DNA of 64,000 nt from Bacilli bacterium. Lineage in GTDB: Bacteria; Bacillota_I; Bacilli_A; RFN20; CAG-288. The notes below the pieces were generated by a model. That model was not told the DNA's origin. It searched no databases and saw only the letters and a program-made list of their open reading frames with translations. Every line of letters begins with the position of its first letter. Position 1 is the stretch's first letter. Shown piece after piece: positions 41,394 to 49,495 of the stretch. Location of the stretch: positions 1,790,784-1,854,783 of the forward strand of contig JALCLG010000001.1 in assembly GCA_022647725.1 (NCBI GenBank). Direction: 5' to 3'. The position numbers and the translations under genes were made by a program.

Positions 41394-42340
41394 CCGACTA
41401 CAATACGCATCAGCCCGTGATGCTTGACGAAGTGCTCAGCTTCGTGCCCCGTAAGAAGCCGATTGTCTATCTGGATCTGACGTTGGGACGGGCCGGACAT
41501 GCGAAAGCCATCCTTGACATCCTGCCAAAGAAATCCACCCTGATCGGCGTCGATAAGGATCAGGATGCCCTCGACTACTGCCAAAGTGCTCTCAAACCCT
41601 ATGAGACGACGATGACGATCCGTTTGGTGCATTCGCCTTTTTCCACCGCCGTCAGCAAACTTAAAGATGCTTCCTATCACGGCGCCGACTTCATCCTCAT
41701 GGATATCGGTGTCTCTTCCCCGCAGTTCGATGATCCTCGCCGTGGCTTTTCCTACCGCTTCGATGCCCCACTGGACATGCGGATGGATCAAAGCCAAAGT
41801 CTCACCGCCCAGAAGCTTCTGGCCGAGGCCGATGAGAAAGAACTGGTCCACATCTTCCGGGATCTCGGAGAATGTCACGTCTATTACCCCACCGTCAAGG
41901 CGATTCTGAGAGCCCGTCAAGTCAAACCGATAACGACGACCTTCGAGTTGGTCGACATCATCAAATCTTCCTTGCCAGCCAAAGAGCTGAACCAGCCGGG
42001 CCATCCGGCAAAGCAGTTCTTCCTGGGACTCCGCTACGAAGTCAACAAGGAGATGGATGAGCTAAGGCTCGGCCTTAGCGAAGCGATTCGCTTCCTCAAT
42101 CCTGAAGGCCGTCTTGTCATCATTTCCTTCAATTCCGAAGAAGATAAGATCGTCAAAGACACCTTCAAGACGTTTGCCAACCCTGCCCACAGCGACAAAT
42201 ACCACCCTTTGCTCAATGAACAAGCCCCCGGCTATGTTGCCCTCACCAAGAAGCCCTTGGTTCCCTCGGAAAAGGAAATCGAGGAAAACAACCGCGCCAA
42301 GAGTTCCATCCTGCGCGCGATAGAAAGGAGAAGCTTATGA
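41390..42340 (+). CDS. rsmH: 16S rRNA (cytosine1402-N4)-methyltransferase RsmH
   Basis: 'HQPVMLDEVL' and 'SSPQFDDPRRGFSYRFDAPLDMRMD'. Follows mraZ. Confidence 0.93.
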   Translation: MTDYNTHQPVMLDEVLSFVPRKKPIVYLDLTLGRAGHAKAILDILPKKSTLIGVDKDQDALDYCQSALKPYETTMTIRLVHSPFSTAVSKLKDASYHGADFILMDIGVSSPQFDDPRRGFSYRFDAPLDMRMDQSQSLTAQKLLAEADEKELVHIFRDLGECHVYYPTVKAILRARQVKPITTTFELVDIIKSSLPAKELNQPGHPAKQFFLGLRYEVNKEMDELRLGLSEAIRFLNPEGRLVIISFNSEEDKIVKDTFKTFANPAHSDKYHPLLNEQAPGYVALTKKPLVPSEKEIEENNRAKSSILRAIERRSL

Positions 42341-42558
42341 TGAAAGATCGTACCGAAAGGACCAACGGCTTGCGTTCGAGCCGCCGGTTACGAAAAACCT
42401 GCACGTTTTTTTCGCTGGTTTCTCTGGCCATCGTCTCGTTCTTATCCGGCGTCCTCATCCTCTTCTCTCAGCAGAATTCTGAGATTGCCAGCCGTCTGGC
42501 GTCGCAGAACAACGGCATTGCCGTCAGTCAGAGCATCAACGAGAAGACAGGCAAGTAA
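42337..42558 (+). CDS. Small bitopic membrane protein in the FtsL position
   Basis: 73 aa with a basic N-terminus, one TM ('FFSLVSLAIVSFLSGVLILF') and a short polar tail. Overlaps the rsmH stop. The assignment rests on position only. Confidence 0.45.
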   Translation: MMKDRTERTNGLRSSRRLRKTCTFFSLVSLAIVSFLSGVLILFSQQNSEIASRLASQNNGIAVSQSINEKTGK

Positions 42559-42585
42559 GTAGGACGTTACCTTTCTGAGACCTGA

Positions 42586-42626
42586 ATGGAAAAAGGCAGC
42601 CGTGCTGACGGCTGCCTTTTTTCCAT
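42586..42626. terminator. Bidirectional intrinsic terminator (ftsL-like / thrS)
   Basis: Near-perfect palindrome ATGGAAAAAGGCAGCCG-TGCTGA-CGGCTGCCTTTTTTCCAT, with an A-run and a T-run flanking the stem. Confidence 0.85.
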
Positions 42627-42651
42627 TCTTGTTTTTCTTATCGGCTAAAGA

Positions 42652-44583
42652 CTAATAGTGACGGACGCAGGCCTTGGTCTTGATGTCCTTCTCCAGCAGC
42701 TTGATGAAGGCGGCTTCGGAGACAGTCTTGGTGGCCTTTTCGCCATGGAGACGATACGTCAGGGTGTGGTCCTTGAGTTCGTTGGCACCGACGACGATGG
42801 TGTAAGGAACCTTGAGGGACTGGGCATCCCGGATCTTGTAGCTTAAGGATTCGTTGCGATCGTCGACATGGGTGCGGATTTCCTTCTTCAGGAGACGCTT
42901 GTTCAGCTTGGCGCAATAGCTCATGATGGCCGGATCCTCACTGGAGACCGGCAGGATACGGAGCTGTTCCGGAGCCATCCAGGTCGGGAAGGCACCCTTG
43001 AAGTTCTCGGTCAGAATGCCGACGAAACGTTCGATGGAACCGAAGATCGCCCGGTGCAGCATGACCGGCTCCTTCTTGGAGCCATCCTTGTCGGTGTAGG
43101 TGAGATGGAAGCGATGCGGCAGCTGCATATCAAGCTGAATCGTTCCGCACTGCCAGATACGGCCTAAGGAATCCTTGAACTTGAAGTCCAGCTTCGGGCC
43201 GTAGAAGGCGCCGTCGCCAGGATTGATCTCGTACGGAATCTTATTCTCCTTGAGGCACTGGATGAGCTCGGCCTCGGCCTTGTTCCAGGTCTCAATCTTG
43301 CCGACGTACTCATCTTCCGGACGGGTGGAAAGCTCAATATGGTATTCCAGGTTGAACATCTTGTAGACCTGATCGAAGATCTTCAGAAGACGACGGACTT
43401 CCTGGCCGACCTGATCGAAGGCCAAGAGAATATGGGCATCATCCTGAGTGAAGCAGCGGACACGGAAGAGACCGTTTAAAGCACCGCTAGCCTCATGACG
43501 GTGAACCAGACCAAATTCGGCATAACGAAGCGGCAGATCCCGGTAAGAATGCAGATCATTGTTGTAGCAGAGGATGGCGCCAGGGCAGTTCATCGGCTTG
43601 ATGGCAAACGGCTTGCCATCGATCTTGGTGATGTACATGTTCTGCTTGTATTCCTTCCAGTGGCCGGAAGTCTCCCAAAGCTCACGGGAAAGCATCGTCG
43701 GAGTCTTGACCCAGTTGTAGCCGTTATCAATCATCAGCTTCCAGAGGAAGTTCTCGAGTTCGTGACGGAGCAGCATGCCGTTCGGAAGCCAGAACGGGAA
43801 GCCCGGGCCGTAATCGGAGAGCATGAAAAGACCCATCTCCTTGCCGATCTTCTTGTGATCGGATTCCTTACGTTCATCCAGCAGCTTCAGGTACGCCACC
43901 AGATCGGCATCCTGGAAGAAAGCCGTGCCATAGACACGGGTCAGGGAATCATTGTTCTTGTCGCCCTTGAAATAGCAGGCGGAGGTGGACATCAGCTTGA
44001 TGGCCTTGATCTGGCCGGTGGACTTCATATGCGGTCCTAAGCAAAGATCGGCATAATCGCCCTGCTGGTAGATGGAAAGCTTGGCGCCTTTGTCGCTGAG
44101 CTCGGAAATATGGATCAGCTTGTACTTCTGGTTGGCAAACATCGCCTTGGCTTCGTCGACGGTGACATCCTTGCGGACGATCGGCTCATTCTGGCCGATC
44201 AGCTTCTTCATCTCGGCTTCAATGGCGGCAAAGTCGTTCTCGGAGATGACGACGCCTTCCGGAAGCTTCATATCATAATAGAAGCCTTCCTCGGTCGCCG
44301 GACCATAGGCAAACATCGTGCCGGGATAGAGGTGAGCAATGGCCTGAGCCATCAGATGGGCCGCGGAATGGCGGAGCACATGCAGGGCATCCGGCGAGGT
44401 CTTGGTGATGACTTCGAAGGTGCAGTCGCCCGGAAGCTTCTCATTGAGATCGAACAGTTCGCCATTGACTTTGGCACAGATAGCCTTCTCAGCAAGACTC
44501 AGGGCAATGCTTTTGGCAGCATCGATGGCTAAGGAACCATCCTTGATTTCCCGAACGGATTTGTCTGGTAAAGTGATTTTCAT
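42652..44583 (-). CDS. thrS: Threonyl-tRNA synthetase
   Basis: 643 aa with a TGS domain, an editing domain ('HVLRHSAAHLMAQA') and class II core motifs. Confidence 0.96.
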   Translation of the reverse strand: MKITLPDKSVREIKDGSLAIDAAKSIALSLAEKAICAKVNGELFDLNEKLPGDCTFEVITKTSPDALHVLRHSAAHLMAQAIAHLYPGTMFAYGPATEEGFYYDMKLPEGVVISENDFAAIEAEMKKLIGQNEPIVRKDVTVDEAKAMFANQKYKLIHISELSDKGAKLSIYQQGDYADLCLGPHMKSTGQIKAIKLMSTSACYFKGDKNNDSLTRVYGTAFFQDADLVAYLKLLDERKESDHKKIGKEMGLFMLSDYGPGFPFWLPNGMLLRHELENFLWKLMIDNGYNWVKTPTMLSRELWETSGHWKEYKQNMYITKIDGKPFAIKPMNCPGAILCYNNDLHSYRDLPLRYAEFGLVHRHEASGALNGLFRVRCFTQDDAHILLAFDQVGQEVRRLLKIFDQVYKMFNLEYHIELSTRPEDEYVGKIETWNKAEAELIQCLKENKIPYEINPGDGAFYGPKLDFKFKDSLGRIWQCGTIQLDMQLPHRFHLTYTDKDGSKKEPVMLHRAIFGSIERFVGILTENFKGAFPTWMAPEQLRILPVSSEDPAIMSYCAKLNKRLLKKEIRTHVDDRNESLSYKIRDAQSLKVPYTIVVGANELKDHTLTYRLHGEKATKTVSEAAFIKLLEKDIKTKACVRHY

Positions 44584-44612
44584 TTTTTATATCCTTTGAT
44601 AACAAAGCAAGT

Positions 44613-45500
44613 TTACTTCTTCAGCTCATGCAAGGCGAGGCAGGCACCGGCCACAATGCCGACATCCTGCTTGAACATCGCATCCTTCAAGACGATCGGA
44701 TTCAGATTCCAGCCGGCCACGGAAGCATTGGCCACTTTGGTAAGGTCATCCAGGAAGATTTCCTCACTCTTCATGACACCGCCGCTGACCGCATAGGCCT
44801 GGCAGTCAAAGAGGAGCTGAAGATTGCCAAACCAGATGCCCAGCATTCCAAGCCAGATGTTGTAGACCTGGATGAACTTCGGATCCTTCAGGCGGACACC
44901 GTCGAAGAAATCCTTGGCGGAAGGGATCTGGATGCCGTTCATGTCGCAAAGACGGACAATGCCGTTCCCGCTAAGCAGGTATTCCAACTCATAGTATTTG
45001 TCTTTGTAGTTCGTCATCAGACGACCACCTTCCAATGGCAAATCGATCATCTCATTGTTGTGGATCACGCCAAGTCCGATGCCGGAAGAGATAGTGACAA
45101 AGGCCGAATCCTTCAGGCCCTTGGTGGCACCGTATTCGCTTTCGACTAAGGCCGAGCAGTTGGCATCGTTAGCAATCTTCAGAGCAGCCTTGGGATAATC
45201 CCGATGGAAGAGCGAGGCGAAGTCGAAGCCGGAATCAATGCCGAGGTTGCCGCATTTGCCGACCTGATTGTGGACGACAATGCCGCAGATGGACATACCG
45301 ATGGCCTGAACCGGAACCTTGGCTTCGGCCGAGACCTCATCGACCAGCGACTTCATCGTGGAATAAAGACGTTCGGGATCGTTGCGGACCGTCGGACCGC
45401 GCCGGACGGTCAGAATCTTCAGATCGGAATCGATGGCAGCCACCCGAAGATTGGTGCCGCCACAGTCAATCGAAAGAACAACCTGCTTTTTACTTTCCAT
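44613..45500 (-). CDS. ROK-family sugar kinase (glucokinase-like)
   Basis: 'VLSIDCGGTNLRVAAID' N-terminal ATP motif and 'ANDANCSAL'. Start moved to ATG 45500 (SD 'AAAGGAAA'). Confidence 0.72.
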   Translation of the reverse strand: MESKKQVVLSIDCGGTNLRVAAIDSDLKILTVRRGPTVRNDPERLYSTMKSLVDEVSAEAKVPVQAIGMSICGIVVHNQVGKCGNLGIDSGFDFASLFHRDYPKAALKIANDANCSALVESEYGATKGLKDSAFVTISSGIGLGVIHNNEMIDLPLEGGRLMTNYKDKYYELEYLLSGNGIVRLCDMNGIQIPSAKDFFDGVRLKDPKFIQVYNIWLGMLGIWFGNLQLLFDCQAYAVSGGVMKSEEIFLDDLTKVANASVAGWNLNPIVLKDAMFKQDVGIVAGACLALHELKK

Positions 45501-45519
45501 GGGGGATTTCCTTTCTGAA

Positions 45520-46986
45520 TTAATCCTCGTCGTCATTGGAGCCGTTCTGATTCAGCGAGACCACCTTCATGAAGTTGGTCTTGCCGGCACCTACCGGCGT
45601 TCCGCCAGTGATGATCAGCTTGCTTCCCTTAGGAAGATTATAGTCCTTGGCGATTTTAATTGCCAAAACTTCCATTTCCTCAGTGAATTCCGGAACTTTC
45701 TTCACATAATACGGGTAATTGCCGTAGTAGAGCATCGTGTGACGGAGGGCATCCATATCGGAAGAGACAACGAAAACCGGGCAGATCGGCCGGGTCTTGG
45801 AGATGCGGACAGCCGTCTTGCCGCTGACGGAGAAGCAGATGATGAGGGCAGCGCCGATGATCTGAGCGGTATCGGAAACCGAGGCCGCAATGGCATCGTT
45901 GACGGTCTTTTCGCCGGTCTCGAAGGCTTCATGGGTGCTGGCTTCATAGTTGAAGTGCTGCTCGATGGTAGTCGCAATCCGAGCCTGCATCTGCACCGCC
46001 TGAACCGGATATTCGCCATTGGCGGATTCGCCGGAAAGCATCACGGCATCCGTGCCCTGATCGACGGCCCAGGCCACATCGCTGACTTCGGCACGGGTCG
46101 GGAAAGGATTATGGATCATCGAATCCAGCATCTGGGTGGCGGTGATGACCGGCTTACCCAGCTTGCGGCACTGATTGATCATATAACGCTGATAGATCGG
46201 CACCTGTTCCGGCGGGATCTCAACGCCGAGGTCGCCGCGGGCGACCATGATGCCATCCGAATACTGGATGACTTCATCCAGGTTGGCGATGGCTTCGGTG
46301 TTCTCGACCTTGGAGATGATGAGAATGTTCTTGCCGCCGTTGGCATCCAACAAGTTACGGATATCGAGAATATCCTTCTTATCCCGGATGAACGACGCCG
46401 AGACGAGATCGACATGCTGCTGGCAGCCGAAGATCAGATCGGATTTATCCTGCTCGGAAATATAGGGTAAGGATAAGTGGGCACCGGGGCAGTTGACGCC
46501 ACGGCGGTCCTTGCAGGTATGCGGATTCATGACCTTGCAGACAAGCTCATGCTTCTTCTCATCCTTGCCAGTGCAGGTGAGCTCGAGGTTGCCGTCATCC
46601 AAACGGATGATGGAACCGACGGGGACATCGTCGTAAAGTTTTTCATAAGTGACGCCGAAAGCCTTCTCGGTTCCGAGCTTGTCCGTGCCCATATAGATCC
46701 GGCATTCGGAGCCGGAAACGAAGGTCGCCTGACCGCCGACGAAGCAGCCGGTACGGATCTCCGGTCCTTTGGTATCCAGACAGATCGGAACAATGATCCC
46801 TTCTTCTTTCTCAATCTCACGGAGCGTGTTCATCTTCTGCAGATGCTCGTCATGCGTGCCATGAGAGAAATTCAGTCTCATGCAGGTCATGCCGTTGGCA
46901 AGCAGCTGACGCATCACTTCCTTATCCTGACTGGCCGGACCGATCGTACAGACGATTTTGGTTTTCTTGTCGATTCTGTAATTCAT
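45520..46986 (-). CDS. pyk: Pyruvate kinase
   Basis: 'KIVCTIGPAS', 'MTCMRLNFSHG' and 'MVARGDLGVEIP'. Confidence 0.95.
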   Translation of the reverse strand: MNYRIDKKTKIVCTIGPASQDKEVMRQLLANGMTCMRLNFSHGTHDEHLQKMNTLREIEKEEGIIVPICLDTKGPEIRTGCFVGGQATFVSGSECRIYMGTDKLGTEKAFGVTYEKLYDDVPVGSIIRLDDGNLELTCTGKDEKKHELVCKVMNPHTCKDRRGVNCPGAHLSLPYISEQDKSDLIFGCQQHVDLVSASFIRDKKDILDIRNLLDANGGKNILIISKVENTEAIANLDEVIQYSDGIMVARGDLGVEIPPEQVPIYQRYMINQCRKLGKPVITATQMLDSMIHNPFPTRAEVSDVAWAVDQGTDAVMLSGESANGEYPVQAVQMQARIATTIEQHFNYEASTHEAFETGEKTVNDAIAASVSDTAQIIGAALIICFSVSGKTAVRISKTRPICPVFVVSSDMDALRHTMLYYGNYPYYVKKVPEFTEEMEVLAIKIAKDYNLPKGSKLIITGGTPVGAGKTNFMKVVSLNQNGSNDDED

Positions 46987-47185
46987 GTACCCTCTATCTC
47001 CTTTGTCGATGCCGTACAGAAACGATTTTTCCGTCGCCCTAATTGGGATGCGAAAATAATCGAGTATATTCTAGCAATCCTAAGAAAAGAAAGAAAGCTA
47101 AATAAGATATTTTAAGACTAAAAAAGTTTCCGAAACGGAGCCGCAAGCCTGAAAAACAAAAAACGCTGAAAAAGAAAGGGTGGGT

Positions 47186-47196
47186 TGGTATATAAT
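47186..47196 (+). promoter_or_regulatory. Extended -10 promoter (TGgTATATAAT) abutting the start codon (possible leaderless mRNA)
   Basis: The -10 ends 8 nt before ATG 47205. No SD lies between them. Confidence 0.45.
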
Positions 47197-47204
47197 TTAG
47201 ACGT

Positions 47205-48458
47205 ATGAAAATCATCGAAAAAAACTCGACGTTCACACTCTTCTGCGATTTTACCCTCTCTTCCACGGATGAAGAGGTGCTTTCCTTGCTTTACCAGCCC
47301 CTAAGTGAACCCTACGGCTATTGCCTCTACCGGACGCTGTACTCTCTGGCCCTGCTGGGCAAGGAACAGGGTTTCTTTACCTATGAAAGCCTGACGGCCT
47401 TGACCCATTTTGAGGATTCGGTCTTCCTGGACAGCCGCTCGCGTCTGGAAGCCATCGGCCTCTTGGAGACCTACCGCAAGGAAAACAAAGCCACGGGTCA
47501 AGTCCTTTACCTTTATAAGCTGCTTCCGCCGGCAACGCCGCGGAAGTTTTTCGGCGATGTCCTTCTAAGTGCAGCCTTAGCCAGCGTCGTCAGCCCGAAA
47601 GAGGTCCATGACCTGAAGCGTTTCTTCAAAGTCAGCCAATCCGACCTGACGGATGGCTATGTCAACGTCTCCGTTCCCTTCAGCGACATCTTCTCCGTCA
47701 ATCCCCAGGAAGAGACCTTGGCCGATACCTCGGCTTTGGCCGTCGAAAAGAAATACAAGAGCCAGGCCACTTTCTCCCTGCCCAAAGTCTTCGACCTGAT
47801 TCAGAAAGACGGTCTGAGCGTGACGCCATTTGTGACGGCCAGCAAAGACATCCAGGAGACGGCGTCCCTGTATGGACTGACCGAGCGTCAGGGTGCTGAC
47901 CTCTTGGAAAAGAACACCTCGACCGACAACATCTTTGTCTTCACCGGCTTCCTCAAGGACGTCAAAGCCCTGAAGAAGTACCAGGTCGTCTCCCAGGAAA
48001 CTCCGACCGATGGCGGCTATCTTGGCGAAGGCGCGACCCGGAAGTATCTGGAGATATTCTGCAAGCTTGCACCCCTGGATTATCTGGCGCTCCGCTATAA
48101 CGCCCAGCCCTTGCCGGAGATGGTTGACGAAGTCGCCCATCTGAAGAAGGACACCTCCTTATCGGATCCGGTCATCAACGTCATCCTCGATTATTCATTG
48201 CGCAAGACCCACGGGGAGTTCAAGCCCCTTTATATCGATAAAGTTGCTTTGACGCTTTCGGCCCAGTCGGTCGGCACCGCCTATCAGGCAATGACGGCTC
48301 TCAACAGCCGGGATTTTGAGATGACGAAGGCCACTGCCAAGAAGGCAAAGACCAGCCCGATTGCCACGTCGAAAGACGGCTTGGCCGACCCGGAAACTTC
48401 AAAAGACGCCCTCTCCGATCAGGACATAGACACCCTGGCCAAGGATCTGAAATTATGA
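47205..48458 (+). CDS. dnaB: Replication initiation/membrane attachment protein (Bacillus DnaB / DnaD-domain family; not the helicase)
   Basis: N-terminal 'LSSTDEEVLSLLYQPLSEPYGYCLYRTLYSL' and DnaD-like C-terminal repeats ('DPVINVILDYSL...YIDKVALTL'). Followed by the dnaI-like gene. Confidence 0.7.
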   Translation: MKIIEKNSTFTLFCDFTLSSTDEEVLSLLYQPLSEPYGYCLYRTLYSLALLGKEQGFFTYESLTALTHFEDSVFLDSRSRLEAIGLLETYRKENKATGQVLYLYKLLPPATPRKFFGDVLLSAALASVVSPKEVHDLKRFFKVSQSDLTDGYVNVSVPFSDIFSVNPQEETLADTSALAVEKKYKSQATFSLPKVFDLIQKDGLSVTPFVTASKDIQETASLYGLTERQGADLLEKNTSTDNIFVFTGFLKDVKALKKYQVVSQETPTDGGYLGEGATRKYLEIFCKLAPLDYLALRYNAQPLPEMVDEVAHLKKDTSLSDPVINVILDYSLRKTHGEFKPLYIDKVALTLSAQSVGTAYQAMTALNSRDFEMTKATAKKAKTSPIATSKDGLADPETSKDALSDQDIDTLAKDLKL

Positions 48459-49441
48459 GCGACGGAAAAGAGGTTGCCAGCGTCGCTTCTAAAACCCTCG
48501 GCCTTCCGTCGGGGACACGGGAACTGACCCCGGAAGCCAAACAGCAGTTTGCCGATTCCCTGAAGGCCCGTCTGGCTCAGGATATCCGGGCTCAGTCGCT
48601 GGTGAACCCTTTATTGAAGAGTGACCATACCTTCGACCGTTCCTTGGGCGACATTTATCTTTTGCTTGAGGACCGGAAGGTCTGTGCGGCCTGCCCGGAG
48701 TCACTTTCGGGATGCCCCAAAGAAGCCCAAGGGTTCCAACGGTTTCCGACCTATGATGCCGACAAGGATCAGATCGTTTTAGTGCCGCAGCCCTGCCCTT
48801 ATCTGAAAGAGAAAAACAAGCGCATCGCCAACATCTGGCCGGCGGTGTCGCAGAGTTATTCCGTCTATAACGAGGCCAGCCGTTTCCTCTTGACCCTCAA
48901 AGCACGGAAGAACCGGGATCAGCTTTCCGATTGTGCCAAAGCCTTGAAAGCCATCCTGAGCCTGGAGTCAGGCTGGGATAAGAAAGCCATCCAGCCGGGA
49001 CTAGCTTTTTATAGTATCAACGGCTTTTCCTTAAGCCATGACCTCTTAGCCACCGTCACGTTGCTTTTTGCCTCGGCGGGAGAGAAGGTCGGCTTTCTTT
49101 CGATGCCGATGCTGTTCAATGATCTTTCCGATTTCAGCTATGAAAGCCAGCATCTGGCCAAGACGATGCTGGCCGAAGCGGCTGCCCTTCCGGTTCTCTG
49201 CCTCGATGACTTCTCCTTCCCGACAAGAAAGATTCCTCAGGATGCCTTGATCAAGGACCTGCTGCCCTTTATCCGCAGCCGGAACTGTCCGGGGAAGCTG
49301 ACTTTCTTCTCCTTAAGTCAGGATAAGACGCCGGTCAGTATTGCCAGCACGCTCTACCGGGGACTCGACCAGCAGGGACTGGTGCTGGAAGCCTTCCGCG
49401 ACATCGCCAGGAAGATCACAATCAAAGACCTGCCGCTCTGA
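48455..49441 (+). CDS. dnaI: DnaI-like helicase-loader homolog with a degenerate P-loop
   Basis: Zn-ribbon-like 'CAACPESLSGCP...QPCPY' N-domain. The AAA+ core aligns to DnaI, but Walker A is 'SINGFSLSH' and Walker B is 'VLCLDDFSFP'. 4-nt overlap with the dnaB-like gene. Confidence 0.62.
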   Translation: MSDGKEVASVASKTLGLPSGTRELTPEAKQQFADSLKARLAQDIRAQSLVNPLLKSDHTFDRSLGDIYLLLEDRKVCAACPESLSGCPKEAQGFQRFPTYDADKDQIVLVPQPCPYLKEKNKRIANIWPAVSQSYSVYNEASRFLLTLKARKNRDQLSDCAKALKAILSLESGWDKKAIQPGLAFYSINGFSLSHDLLATVTLLFASAGEKVGFLSMPMLFNDLSDFSYESQHLAKTMLAEAAALPVLCLDDFSFPTRKIPQDALIKDLLPFIRSRNCPGKLTFFSLSQDKTPVSIASTLYRGLDQQGLVLEAFRDIARKITIKDLPL

Positions 49442-49454
49442 TGATTGGACAACG

Positions 49455-49493
49455 AAGCTCCTTTTACCCAATAGTAGGTGAAGGAGCTTTTTT
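49455..49493 (+). terminator. Hairpin plus T-run after dnaI; the 3' arm contains the SD of the next gene
   Basis: Stem AAGCTCCTT (49455-49463) / AAGGAGCTT (49481-49489) with a 17-nt loop and T6. Confidence 0.5.
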
Positions 49494-49495
49494 CA

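Noticed and set aside
46987-47204. AT-rich 218-bp divergent region next to the replication genes, considered as a possible origin of replication.
   Set aside because: No DnaA-box (TTATCCACA / TGTGGATAA) copies are visible. It is explained by divergent pyk and dnaB-like promoters.
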